A stretch of 64,000 bases of DNA, taken from Blastocystis sp. Blastoise. Its lineage: Eukaryota > Protista > Bigyra: Opalinata. This document shows, piece by piece, positions 1-36,901 of the stretch; within the stretch, counting starts at the first letter, position 1; each line of letters begins with the position of its first letter. A program made the position numbers and the translations under genes. The notes under the pieces were generated by a model that worked only from the letters and a program-made list of their open reading frames with translations, was not told the DNA's origin and did not search any database. The stretch covers positions 744,001-808,000 of the forward strand of contig JBBPEB010000013.1 of the NCBI GenBank assembly GCA_039096225.1, given 5' to 3'.

Positions 1-9
1 TCCCTCTAG

Positions 10-4157
<4,148 letters not shown>

Positions 4158-4708
4158 GAATAAACATACTATTTCTCTGTATTCTCTTTATTTTAAATAT
4201 ATATGTTTATTTATTTTCAATTTTTCAATTTTCAATAACTATTTATTAAGATATAATAAAAATCTGGAATTTCATATTGAATATATTTGTTTTATTGTTA
4301 AATAATTACTAATTATCCCAAGTAAAGTTCATAATTAAGAAACTAATATCAGATTAAATGCCATTAATATCTGTTATATAGTAATCGTATCTAGTTCTTT
4401 CAAATATAGAACTATAACAATAAAATTATCAAAATCTCAAAAAAAAAAAACTGATCAATACAACTTTTAAATGTTATTCTTGATATAATTAATTCTTAAA
4501 TCATTAGTTATAAATTGCTATATACTTAAAATATGATTCTTTGTATAAATTAAATAATGATCAGTATGAAAACACTTTATACACAAAAAACTAGTATCCT
4601 ATTATAATATGCAATCTATTTCATATTTAAATAACCATAAATTAATATCAGAGGAAAACAGAACAAAAATATTTTAAATAACTATTATTTCATATTTTTA
4701 AAGAAACT

Positions 4709-5864
4709 ATGAGTGACCTTACAATTGAATCAGATCTGATCAAACAAATTGAATTCTACTTTAGTGATAGCAATTTAAGTAAAGATCGTTTTATGATGCA
4801 ACAAGTGACCTCTAATGCTGAAGGTTATGTTCCTTTAGAAACCATTTCCAACTTTAAAAAGTACGCTATATACATACATTATGAATTCTGAGTTGTTTAA
4901 TAGTTTTCTAGACTCTTTTCATTTAGTTTATATTTATAATTTTATCTATAGGATACATTCGATGACAACAGATATAGAATATATAAAACGATGTTTGGAA
5001 AAATCAGAGGTATTAGTTTTTAATGAGGATAAAACCAAACTGAAGAGAATTGTTCCTGTAGGTCAAATAGAATCTGCTGATAATAGAACAATATTTGTGG
5101 ATCATTTAGATAAATCTTGGGATCACGATTATATTAAATCACTCTTTAAAAGTTGTGGAACTGTTGATTATGTAAGTCTACCAAGAGAAAGGATTTCTAG
5201 GCAGTTCAAAGGATTTGGATTTGTTGAATTTCATGAAAAAGAAAGTGTTGATAAAGCTTTAGAAATGAATGGGTATCATAAAGAAGGATGGATTCATTCA
5301 TTACATGTCATGACAAAGTATGAATGGACAAATGTATATATATGTTATATTATTATTATTATTATTATAATTATTATTTGTTGATTATATATATTATATA
5401 AAGCGTAAAGAGAAATTTATAAGTCAGCAAGCAACTATAAAGAAACAGCACACTATTTCTCAAGAAACTAAAGATATGATTCTTATGAAATATATAAAGA
5501 ATAATACTAAAGAAAAAGATATAAAGCAATTATTAATGGTATATATATATATATTGTTTTATTATTATTATTATTATTCTGGTTATAGTTACTATAAATA
5601 TGTTTATTGGCTATATATTATTATTATTATTATTTTACATATTATTATATAGATGATTGCACCCTATACATATCTGGATTATAATTTATATCCTAATTTA
5701 GATTTCTATAAATATATACCTATATATAAAGATGAGAATGAAAAAAATATTTGGACTTATGTTATTGCACGATATTGCAATCCACTTGTATATATATTTA
5801 GAATATAATTCTATATTGTAAATACAATCAATATATATATATATATTATTATTATTATCTGAGA

Positions 5865-5941
<77 letters not shown>

Positions 5942-6651
5942 GGCTGCTCAAGTAGCTCAAAAGTTTTTTATAGAGCATCCGCAATTTTCTATAGAGGATC
6001 AACCTATTGAAATACGTTTTCTTACACCTACAGTATATATTATTTTATAACTATTTTTCTATAACTATAACTATTATATATATATATATATATATAAGCT
6101 ATTATGAATTGAAATAATCATTTACTTTCTATATATTATGAATATTATAAATATAGGAAGAAGTTATATATTGGAATAAGATAAGAGAATATGCTATGGA
6201 GACAACTAATATAGGAGATGAAGAAGTAGAGAAAATAGAACAGGAAACTATTCAATGTTTATATGAATATCCATTCTCTACTAAAGAAGTCAATAAAGAT
6301 ATGATTGAAAAAGAAGAAAAAGATGATAACAATAATGATAATAATAATGATAATGATAAAAATGATAATGATTCAAGTGATAGTGAATCAAACGAAATTA
6401 AACAAAACACCAATGAAATTAATACTCCTCTATTAGAGGTGGAAATATCAGAGAAAAAGGAGAAGAAAGAGAAAAAACAAAAGAAAGAGAAGAAAGATAA
6501 AAAACAAAAGAAAGATAAGAAAGAGAAAAAAGAGAAAAAAGATAAGAAAGAGAAAAAAGATAAGAAAGAGGAAAAACAAAAGAAGGAAAAGAGTTCTCAT
6601 AAGCGAAAACATGAAGAGGATACGTCTTCAAAGAAAATAAAACATGAGTAA
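4709..6651 (+). CDS. LARP7: La-related protein, LARP7-like (La motif, RRM1, C-terminal xRRM, K/E-rich tail); multi-exon
   Basis: La motif LIKQIEFYFSDSNLSKDRF; RRM1 RTIFVDHL...LPRERISRQFKGFGFVEF; HVMTKYEW; xRRM-like end IEIRFLTPTEEVIYWNKI. LARP7 versus genuine La is a judgement from motif resemblance. Confidence 0.7.
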
Positions 6652-7189
6652 AATCTATATGTATATTTTTAGTATATCTTTGTCAATTTTATAAAAACAT
6701 TGTTTTGTAAACATTATTGTTTTAAAGAAAAAATTATCAACAATTATATGCTTACAACAATTCTTACAACATTAGCAATATTCAATGAACTCAAAAAACA
6801 CTAAATACGCATAAATACTCTATTAAAAGTCGTGTTGTATCAATAAATGTATCTATCCTATAAGTCTTTATAGTATTCTTGCACAATTCAGTATAAAACC
6901 TATATAAATATTTGAATTGATAACAAATAATATGGAATTAAACAAAAATTTAAAATAAACAAGACTCCCTATTAGATAACAACCAATCAAATACGATTTA
7001 ATTGTGTTCTTGTTCTTATTCTTTTCTTAAAGACATTTCAGACTTTTTCAGCAACAACCTGAAGGAAACTGAATATCAGAAGAAATGCACAATTATTATG
7101 TATATATTATTTCGTTTTTCGTATTTGAATCTTTTTGTTTATTCTTTTACTTGTTATTGAATCAAGTACTCGTTTTCTATCTAAAAGAA

Positions 7190-9216
7190 ATGTTCTCTTC
7201 ATCAACTAGTTCAAGAAGGGTAGTTTTTTTACAAATTATCTTTTTTATTTTGAATTTATTTTAAATGTAGAATATACCGAAACGTCACTTAAGGAGCTCC
7301 TTTTGGTATTTTTGCTATAGAACAAAAAAAACTATTGCTTATAAATATCGTGAGTTCGTAGAATGCCTTCGAAAAGATCCTCAAACCAGATATTGTTTTT
7401 GTATGTTTCTACGATTCTATCTACTATCATAGTTCAGTTTAATTTGTTTTATTGATAAATTATTGAAATCTATTAGTTTTTTTTTAATTTTTATTGCAAT
7501 TTTTAGATGCTTCTTTGTTAATTCTTGGTGTTTTTCTGCTTTTAATATGCCCATTATTTTGGTTAAAGCAGGAAATGTCCTTTATTAGTCATATAGCATC
7601 AGTATATATTTTTATAGTTTTTATAATAATTTTTTTTATTGTCTATATATATTATTTATATAGCTTTTAATTAATGCAATTATGTGGTTTATTTTAGGAG
7701 TTCTTTCTACAATTGGTTTAGGTATATATATACATATATAGATTATTTGTTAATTCTATAAAATAGTATTTGTATTTCTATATATAGATATAGTTTTATT
7801 GCTAATTCTATTCAATACTATTTCTATTTCTATATAATACTAATTTATATATATATATAGGTGCTGGTTTGCATACATTTGTATTATTCTTAGGTCCTTA
7901 TATAATAAAAGTAGTATTAACTGCAAATGAATGTGAATCCTTAAATTTTGATTCTACTCCTTCATGGTTAACTTGGGATGGAGTATTTAATATTATTAGC
8001 TATCCTGAAGAATCATTTCAAGTATATATATATTAGATATATTATATTTATTAGAATTATTATTTATTAATATATGAATCTATTAATACTAAATTAATAT
8101 TTATCTATACTATATATATATATAACAATACTTATAGAATCAACATTATATCTCTTTCTTCTATAGTGTGGAAAAGAACCAATTATTCCATTAACATTAG
8201 TAGGTACACTTCGTAAAGTCTTATTTCCTTCTATATGCTGGGGAGTAGGTTCTGCTATCGGCGAAACCCCGCCTTATTTTATAGCACGTGCTGCACGTAT
8301 GAATGGTCAAGATATTGATGAAATTAAAGAATTAGAATATCAGAATCATTCAATGACATTTATGGATAAAGTAAAATATTTTGTTGTTCATAATATTGGA
8401 AATGTTGGATTTACAGCTATATTTTTATTAGCAGCTATTCCGAATCCATTATTTGATCTAGCTGGTCTTGCTTGTGGATATTTAGGTATTCCTTTTATTA
8501 CATTTTTATCAGCTACTGTTTCTGCTAAAGGATTTGTGAAAGCACCAATTCAAGCATTATTCTATGTACTTATGTTTAGTTCTCAATTTTTAGATCCATT
8601 ATTATTATGGATTCATGAACATCTTAGTATTATAGAGAAACCAATTAATTTAGTATTGAATAGTATGTCGAAACAAGCTACAAATCAATGTACGGATGTA
8701 AAGAAAACTGGAAATATTGAGAATTGTGTTCAATGCTGTAAAGATACGATGAAAGGATCTAAAATTCAAGGGAAGTGCATTGAACGATGTCAATCTATGC
8801 TTAATGAAAGTGGTATTTAGTTTTTTTATTATAATAATAATAATTATTATTATTATTTTTTTTTACAATTTTATAATAGATTTATTATATAAATATTCAT
8901 ATTTTTATATAAATATTTTTTCTTATTTATATATATAGGTTCTTATTTGTCGATATTATGGAATATATTCACAGCAACAGCTATATTATATTTTATTATA
9001 TCTACTATTTATACCATCTATGGATCTAGAAAACTATTTAAACAGAAAAAACAAAAAGATATAGAGTATGTATTTGTTATTTTAGTAGTTTATTATTTAT
9101 TAATAATTATCTATATATATTTATATTTATATATATATTAATAATTATATAATTATTGATATAGAAATCCAACACCACAATCGCCTGTGAATATGTATAT
9201 TAAAACAAATATATAA
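7190..9216 (+). CDS. VMP1: Vacuole membrane protein 1 (VMP1/TMEM49, DedA/VTT superfamily); multi-exon
   Basis: Spliced motifs STIGLGAGLHTFVLFLGPYI, WGVGSAIGETPPYFIARAAR and AAIPNPLFDLAGLACG. Start ATG 7190 and stop 9216 are inferred from GT-AG splicing. Confidence 0.85.
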
Positions 9217-9441
9217 TAATTAAATATATATAATTAGAATACTAATCTTTATGTTACTTTTTTTTATTTAATACTTATAATAATTATTTATATATAAAAT
9301 ATTTCTTATAATAACAAAATGAGCTTTTTATTATTAATTATTTTTTTAATAAATTTATTTTTATTTTTTAAATAAGACTATCTTATAAAATTCATAAATA
9401 TCACCTTATTTTAAGCATTAGTTCTTTTTTAGTGTTTTCTA

Positions 9442-9472
<31 letters not shown>

Positions 9473-10139
9473 TCCAGATTTATTTGATTTCTTTTATTTT
9501 CTTTTCTCTTTTTACTTCACATTCTTTTAATACTCATTTAATTATCATAGAATAGAATAGATTTATGAACTTTAGATATATATATGTATTATATTGTTTA
9601 ATTTCTCTTTTTAATCAGATTATTCAATTCCTTTGAGAATGTTCTTTTTTATATATATAAACATATTACAAACTTTATTTGTTGTTTTGTTTCTTCTATT
9701 TATTGTCATTTAGAGACACTTAAAGTCATTTTTAGAGTATTTTATCTATTTAACACTGTAATATAATCATAAATAGATGGAAAATATCTGGCAATACTAC
9801 TAAATGAAGAACTAAATAAACAAGAAACAGAACTATAGATACGTATCAAAAGCATACCTATATATTTATTATAGATTAATGAGAACAAAGAAAAATAGGA
9901 AAAAAAATACAAAATAAGAAAAAATATCTATCTATAAGCATAATAAGTAATTTTCTTTTAAAGCAAAATAAGAATATATTTATTATATAAAATAAAATCT
10001 GTTATTATGAAAGCATAAAAGAAATCAATTATATTAATAGCTATATAATTATAAAAAGACTATAATAAATTTTATATATATATATATTAGATTATATATA
10101 AAATATATAAACAAAACGTATATATATATAGAATCACTA

Positions 10140-11375
10140 TTACAGTGGTAAAAAATACATATTAAATTCAAATTGATTTTTCTCTTTCTTTTTCATAAAA
10201 AAATAGAATGCACCTAATAATATGCATCCAATAAGGACAAAGAAATTAAGAACAATCATTTCATAAAGAACATCATATTTTTCAAAGATGAGTATACTAA
10301 AGAAATCATAAAGTGCACAAAAGAAATAAGAAATTGCTAATATTATTGGAATACCAATAATAAATAAAGAATCTAGAATATCCGAAAAGAAAGCAATACA
10401 CGTAGGAAATAAAGGTCCAATAAAAAATCCAGAAATATAAAAGAGCCATAAACCGTATTGTCCTATTAATAATCCAATAGACATAAGTATAAAGATAATT
10501 GATAAATATAATAATAAACTAGGTATATGTCCAAGATAATCCATAAAATAACCTGAGAGAAGACGAGATAATGTATAAAATGCAAGAACAATTAATTGAT
10601 AAGATAATGGAGATTCTGGATTAGGAAGATTATATAAAAGAAGGAAATATTTAGAACCATAATAAGAAATACCAGATTCTGTCATACGTAGAATAAATAA
10701 TAATAAACTAGATATCCATATGATAGGAGTTGTACATGCGCTAATTATTGATGGCTTATTATTTTCTACTTGCTCTATTTCATATATAGAAGTACTTGGA
10801 AAAATAGCATAAATAATACAAAATACACAAATAATCGAAAGAAGAATCATTATATAAATAGCAGAATAGGGTAATATAAGGGAACAAAGATACACACCTA
10901 AGGAATATCCCAACCCAAAAAAGAAATGAAGCCAATTAAGAAGCATCGCCGTATGTGGACCAATTAACAAAATCGTTCCATAAGAAGAGAGATGACCCAT
11001 GAGAAATGATTTTGCAAAGAAATATATAGTGACAGACATGATGAAAAAGGATTCAGACAATGGAAAGCAGAATAAAATAAAAGATACAAGATATAGTGAA
11101 ATAGACACTATTTCTGATACTTTCATTATAGTAAGATTAGAATATATAGCATAGAAAAGAAATCCAAGGGATCGAACGAAGAATTCAAGTGGAACTCGAT
11201 CACAATTATTCATAGCTTTCAATGGATTCATAAACACGTCCTCAGCTCCATTAAAGAATCCTAATATAATCATATTAAAATATAATTTGAAAATGAGGAT
11301 GATTTTTCTTTTGTTGTGAGAAGCTTCCATCTTTTGTAAATTATCTTTAGATCTTACTGACTTGACATGTTTCAT
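10140..11375 (-). CDS. Major facilitator superfamily transporter (FucP/MFSD4-like), single exon, 411 aa
   Basis: About 11-12 hydrophobic segments; LNWLHFFFGLGYSLG, LSRLLSGYFMDYLG and GFFIGPLFPT resemble the FucP/TsgA/MFSD4-type MFS motifs. Confidence 0.75.
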   Translation of the reverse strand: MKHVKSVRSKDNLQKMEASHNKRKIILIFKLYFNMIILGFFNGAEDVFMNPLKAMNNCDRVPLEFFVRSLGFLFYAIYSNLTIMKVSEIVSISLYLVSFILFCFPLSESFFIMSVTIYFFAKSFLMGHLSSYGTILLIGPHTAMLLNWLHFFFGLGYSLGVYLCSLILPYSAIYIMILLSIICVFCIIYAIFPSTSIYEIEQVENNKPSIISACTTPIIWISSLLLFILRMTESGISYYGSKYFLLLYNLPNPESPLSYQLIVLAFYTLSRLLSGYFMDYLGHIPSLLLYLSIIFILMSIGLLIGQYGLWLFYISGFFIGPLFPTCIAFFSDILDSLFIIGIPIILAISYFFCALYDFFSILIFEKYDVLYEMIVLNFFVLIGCILLGAFYFFMKKKEKNQFEFNMYFLPL

Positions 11376-12473
11376 AAAACAAACTGTTTTCTCTCAAATA
11401 TCTTCTTATGAAAACACAAAACCCTTACACTATTCAAAAAATTATAAAATCTGAATCAAAAAAAAAATCTCATTTTTATCTGAATTAATACAATTCTGGT
11501 CAATCATTTTATTATTTTCTAACATTATTATTTGATTATTTCATTTTTCCACACAATATAATATATATATGAATGAATATTTATAAGAAATAAATAAAAA
11601 TAATATCATGAGTCACATTTATTTTTGATTAGTATAAGCATATATGAATATTTGAAGATATGAATGTGAATATATATTGTTTAGATTTCTTTCATTGAAT
11701 TCTACAATCATATGAAGCATTTTCAGTATATTTTGACTGCTTTTTTCAATATTTTTTTATAAATTGCATTGTTCTGATATGTGAAATGTTTGATTCAATA
11801 TAAATACATAGTTAGAGTAGCGACAATAATGAGTTTTTGTTCACGACAAACAATTTTCTTCTTCTTTTCAGCTGTTTCTATACTTGTTATTATTTATAGT
11901 TAATGATTAATGCATTTTATATCACAAATATCATAAAAATCATTAATATCAATTAAACAACACAAATAAAGTGAATTTGAAAGAAAAACTCTTTGTTTAT
12001 TTGTTATTCCTCATTTATTACGAATAAAATAATGATTTTTAACTTATTCGTCATTACATCTAACTACGCGTTTGTTCGAAAATAAATAACAAGATATCTT
12101 TTAGACCCAAGAATGAGAATGATTTTTAGAATGTTTTCTTTATTATGCTTTTTTCATACCCCAGACAATCTTTATTTTATTGTACATAATAATACTGTTT
12201 GAAAAATAATTATTTATAATAAAACATCACATTTTATTAGTTATTTGTTAAAAATATATTTTTTTTAGCAACTACAAATGAAACTAGAATGATGTAAAGT
12301 TGAATATAAGCCTACAAAATGATTAATATATATAAAACGAATGATAAGAAAAGAAAACGGGAAACAAGAGTCTTTTAGTGTGGATTTTCTAAAGTTTCAA
12401 GAGGAAACAATAATATTGATTCTTAGCAATTAAACTCTTATTTTAATTAGATTTACGTCATTGATCCTTGATA

Positions 12474-13703
12474 ATGAATTACGGTAGAATAATCTATCCG
12501 TTACAGAATTTATGGAAAGGGTATAACCCACAATTATTATATAGTCTTCAAACTCCTGTATGTTTTTAAGATTATAGTTTTTTAATATTGTTTAGATTAC
12601 TTCAAAAAGATCTTTCTATAAAAGTAGATTGCTAAATGTAGAAATTCCATTCAAATTAAATGATATTGGTCCAGGAATTGGTCATGTCGAGATTCTTCGT
12701 TGGTTTGTACAACCTGGTCGTCATGTAAATGAATATGATCCTATTTGTGAAGTACAAAATGAAAAAGTATATTTTCTAATTGTGTGTTTTTGGTTAAATA
12801 TACTTTTTTTTTTCTTTAGGCAACAGTAGATATTTCTAGTAGGTTTGATGGTACAATTAAAAAATTATATTTTAATGTTGGAGAACAAGTACATATAGGA
12901 CAAACCTTATTAGATATAGATGTATGATATTTTTATTATTTTTTTATTAATACTATTTTTATTTAATTTATTGGTTGTTTAAATATTTTTGTTTTTATTT
13001 TTATTTTTATTTTTATTTTTATTTTTATTTTTATTTTTATTTTTATTTTTATTTTTATTTTTATTTTTATTTTTATTTTTATTTTTATTTTTATTTTTAT
13101 TTTTATTTTTATTTTTATTTATTCTGATTTATTGTTTGTTATAATTATATATTTATTTATATATTTATTTATATATTTATATATATATATAAATAGGTTC
13201 CTGAGGAAGTAGCCAATCGAACTAAAGCTTTAGAGGAAACAGAGTTACAACGTCAAAAAGAAGAATCAGATCAACAAAATCATAATTATAGAAAAGGTAA
13301 TCCTATATTTATTATATTATAATATTGTATAATATATTATTCTTAGTATTTTCATTTTTTCTTCTATTACTATTATTTATATATATAATAATAATATTAT
13401 TATACTAGTCTTGATTTATCATAATAATATTCATACATATCATACTATTTTTATTTTATAGAAGATAATTCTGCAATAAATAATATGCCTCCATTATCTT
13501 CATCTGTGAATAATTATATGGATAATTCACCTTCATTATCAAATACTATTCTTTCTCCTCTTCCTTCTATACCTAGTAATACAGATAAACTTTCTATTAC
13601 TGATACTTCTATATCTCCTAATGATTCTATCAATAATATAGAAAATACAAATAGTCATGATGAAATAAAGAATAATTCTTCTCTTATAAATAATGTATCC
13701 TCA

Positions 13704-13734
<31 letters not shown>

Positions 13735-13752
13735 GTGAGACTGATAAGATTA

Positions 13753-13800
<48 letters not shown>

Positions 13801-14108
13801 TAAATTCTTCAAATTCTTCAAATATTTCTGATTCTATAACGAAAAGTGCTTTAGCTTCTATTTCTTCTTCTTCTTCTTCTATACATGATGATGATGAAAA
13901 TGATTTATTTACAGAAGAAGCTGTAGGTGATGATGGCTTTTTAGCAACACCTTCTGTACGAGATTTGGCCTTTGAAAATCATATTAATCTTCAAAGCATA
14001 CATGGTACAGGATTAAAAGGTAGAATTATGAAAGAAGATATATTAAGTTATATTAGTCGATATAAAAAAGTAGATAAAAAGAAAGGTATATATATATATA
14101 ATATTCAT

Positions 14109-14140
<32 letters not shown>

Positions 14141-15814
14141 TATATGTTTTTTTTTATCATCTATACTATGTAGAAGCTCAAGTAATTCCTGATCAGCCAG
14201 TAATTACCATCCCTTCAGCGCCTTTACCACAAAATATTGTCATTCCAGATAGGGTTGAACCTATTCATGTATATAGAATCATTTCGTTTTTTGTTTCAAA
14301 AAAATATATATATATAGTTTTATTACAATTTTATTTTTGTATGTGTTTAAAATATATAGGGTATAACAAAAACAATGTCTCTTCGAATGTCTCAATCTCT
14401 TCAAATACCTCATTTAGGATATATGGAAGATGTACATATATATATATATATATAATTTATAGTTACTAATCATTCTTCTTTTTTCTTTTACTTTGTGTTA
14501 TTATTTATTTCTATTATAATATATATAATATATTATGTTTAAGGTTTTAATTATTATTATCATTATATATTTATAATATTTTATTTGTTTATTATGTTTG
14601 TGTGTTATTATTATTATTTTCGTTTTTAATTATAAAAATTATCATTATATATATATATATATTATTATTATTATTATATATAGATATGTATGGATAATTT
14701 GTTGTCGTTATGTCCTCAATTAGATTATCTTTCTAAAGCAAATAATGTGAAAATAACTCCTATTCCTTTCTTTATAAAGGCGTTATCTTTATGTTTATCA
14801 GATTATCCAATCGTAAATAGTACTTATATAAATGAAAGAGAAGAGATTTTATATCATGGTAGCCATAATATAGGTATAGCTATTGATACTCCAAGAGGAT
14901 TAATTGTACCTAATATTAAACATTGTGAAATGAGAACTATTATTGATATTGCTATTGAATTACATCGAATTAAAGTATAAATATATGAAATAATTAGTAG
15001 TATTATTATGTTAATTATATTTATTTTTTTGTATAGACATTAGGAAAACAAAATAAACTAGGAAGAGAAGATCTTGAAGACACTACAATTACGTATATTA
15101 TTATTCTATTTATTATGTTTATTATGTTAATTATGTTTATTATATTTATAATTATTATTATTAATATACTTATATATTATTATTATACTTATAATAATTA
15201 TTATATACACATATTATATACATATATATATATATAGATTAAGTAATATAGGAGTATTAGGAGGTACATATACATCTCCAGTAATTATACCTCCTCAAGT
15301 ATACATATATATATATATATATATAAGTATTATCCAAATTTTAATTATTCTTCAATAAAATATATTATATATATATATATATATATAGGTATGTACAGGG
15401 AATCTTGGTCGAATGCATCCTATTCTTAAATATGATAAAAATCATAATGTAGTTGAATCTACTATTGTTCCTGTATATATTTATATATAATAATTATATT
15501 ACATTTCAATATATATAATAATTATACTTTATATAATTATAATATTATATTTATATATAATAATTATATTACATTTCAATATATATAATAATTATACTTT
15601 ATATAATTATAATATTATATTTATATATAATAATTATATTACATTTCAATATATATAATAATTATACTTTATATAATTATAATATTATATATATATATAG
15701 ACAAGTTGGAATGCAGATCAAAGAATTATTGATGGAGCAACACTTGCTAGATTAGTACAAGGAATAAAATCATATATAGAAAACCCTTTCTCTATGCTTG
15801 CTAATATGAGATAA
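12474..15814 (+). CDS. DBT: Branched-chain 2-oxoacid dehydrogenase E2 (dihydrolipoamide acyltransferase)-like protein with a His-to-Gln change at the active site; multi-exon
   Basis: Possible N-terminal targeting peptide; lipoyl domain FKLNDIGPGI...EVQNEKATVDISSRFDG; E1/E3-binding domain LATPSVRDLA...GTGLKGRIMKEDIL; core domain HNIGIAIDTPRGLIVPNIK, TITLSNIGVLGG and SWNADQRIIDGA. Confidence 0.85.
12992..13118. repeat. (TTTTTA)n microsatellite in a DBT intron
   Basis: Visible directly. Confidence 0.9.
15481..15690. repeat. Three identical copies of a 70-bp unit forming most of the last DBT intron
   Basis: The unit ttatatataataattatattacatttcaat...aatattatat recurs with a period of 70. Confidence 0.9.
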
Positions 15815-16942
15815 TTTCTTTATTAATCTATTCAAAATATTATTTTATTTATTTGTTTTTTTTTATTATTCTTAAAGAATCCTATTTATTTATTGTAGAT
15901 CGTAACTTGATATATCTATATATTTATTCTTATATTACAATTTATATATATATATAAACATTTTTTTTTTTATTTATAACGTTTTCTTTTGAAATACATA
16001 TTTTACATTTTTTTCATTTTTTTTTCTTTATCTTCCCTCTCTCAAGATTTTTTATTTCTTCATTTATCATTATACTGTATTCAAAATTCTATATTTTCCT
16101 TATGATTTATCATAGATATATATTCTTGTTTTGTTTTATTTTTTTTTTAGATCCTTCTACTTGTTGTTGTAAATGAAAGAATAAGATGATCATAAATTTA
16201 TTGTTTAATGAGTTTATCATGTATGCTAGTATTCTGCTATATATGCAACACATTTTCATTCAATATCATTTGCAAATTGTTGAATCCACATCACTTGAAC
16301 TATTTAATCGTTCAAACACGTATCAAATAGTTTCAATTCTTATTTTATCAATTATTGAATTTCTCTCCACTATCCTATATTCATCAACCACAGAATAGTT
16401 CATTTTTTCTTTCAAAAAACAGCATAAAACAAACTACTTATAGCAATCTGTATTCCTTAGGTGATTATAATAGCTCTCCACTTATAAAACACACAGAAAG
16501 AACTAGAATATCTCTTAAAAATATAATGATGACCACCATTATTACTTGTGATACATGAACTAGATATTCTATATTTCCCTAGTATCATTGAACTTCACAT
16601 CTATTCATTGAATCAATAATACTTCCAAAAGAACAACAAAAGAGAAAGTCCTTAACAGTTTGAAAAGATTTCTAAAAGAATAGAAGAGTAAAAGAAAATT
16701 GAAAAAAAAATGCCTATAGAAATTGAGATTCCCATGAATTTCAGGACGATTGTCTTCTTCGAACATTATTTTATGGGAATTCGTAAAAAAGAAATCATTC
16801 TTCTTGGTAAAGTTTGTTATAGTTTCTTTGTTTTTGAAATCGGTACCTACTCTATACTATCAATAACCGATATATTGTGTGTATTATGTATCATTGGAAA
16901 AATAATAAGGAACATAAATTAATTATTGTAGTTTAATCAGAA

Positions 16943-24018
<7,076 letters not shown>

Positions 24019-24463
24019 TTAAAATACATGTTTTTATACTTTTAAATTAATTTTTTATTTGATATATTTTCTGAATTCAATATTAGCAATTATTCCCTTC
24101 CATATTATACTTTTCACTTTTGTAATCCACTTTTTTCATTTATTTTCTTATTCTTGCTATATATTCGCAATAAATTCACTTTTTTCTTTTTTCAATAATC
24201 TCAAATAATAGCTTTTTATTTTTTTTATAATTATTACCTAGTAATGTTAAAAAAAACATTTTAATTTTTATTTTCATTTCTTATTTTGTTTTTATTTTTA
24301 TTTATCAAGTAATAAACTACCTATCTACACATAACAATACTATTATTTCTTAATAAATATTTGAATAATAAGAAAAATACGTTTCTAAATATAATAAATC
24401 GTAACTTCTAATCAGAATGTTCTTAAGGTCAGTTAACCCTTTTTTCAACAACTTATTTGAGTC

Positions 24464-24650
24464 GTACCTTCTCAGCCTTATGGCTAAGATCAAGTGTAGT
24501 ATCTGTTCTTTTCAGTGTGAAAACTGAAAATCAACCCATTGGGTTGATAATTTTCACCTCATATTTTGCCTTGGGCGGACTATGATGTAGCTTGCTATAT
24601 CTTGTCAGCTGGGTGTCTTTGTCATTGCACTTTCGACTCATGACGCCCAC
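24464..24650 (+). ncRNA. U2: U2 spliceosomal snRNA
   Basis: TACCTTCTCAGCCTTATGGCTAAGATCAAGTGTAGTATCTGTTCTT matches the conserved U2 5' domain with the branch-site pairing sequence GUAGUA. Also present: stems IIa/IIb, an Sm-like site ATATTTTG, and terminal stem-loop IV (GGGTGTC...GACGCCC) with an ATTGCAC loop. Confidence 0.95.
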
Positions 24651-25329
24651 CGCCTTGAACATATTAATTTAATCTATTATAAACAAAAGAAAAAACACTT
24701 TTTAATTTTTTTTTAAGTGAATCTTTATTATAATAATATTTTTTTAGACATATTGATCATGAAAATTCATTTTAAACTATAATTTTTGTAATTTTTTTCT
24801 TTATCTAACTTAAAAAGAACTAGATTTGTTTGTTTAAATATTTCTTCAAGTCAAAATAAAGTAGTTTTTTATGAAGTTTGTTATAATACCTTATAATATG
24901 CCTAGATAAATGCAAATTTATTTCTATTTTGAAAAGAGATAAAAAAGGGAAAAATGAATAGAATTTATATACCATAAAAACACCTCGAATACAATTTTGT
25001 ATCTGTGGAATCTGATTTGATTGGATCCCTGAGTGTCTTCTATGTCATTTTCTTATTTATTATGGATTTCTCCAGTTTATTCTCAATTGTTTCACATCTT
25101 ATGAGAAATTTTAGATTAGAAATTGTCATTTTGCGAATAATCATGATTATATTTGAGAAACTTTTACAAAAAATAGGTGTGCTTGATAATTGTAAATAAT
25201 CTAAATTTTTGTTCATTTTCTATTTATCAAATTAATTCTATCTTTTTATTATTAAAAAAGCAGAATTATTATATATTAAGATTAACATCAAGTTATATTA
25301 TTTATTGTTGATTAAATTATTATCAAATA

Positions 25330-36901
<11,572 letters not shown>

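Noticed and set aside
16186-16922. Short ORFs upstream of USP32 (also 25005-25199 and 53055-53243)
   Set aside because: No recognisable motifs or coherent splice structure; likely intergenic or UTR sequence.
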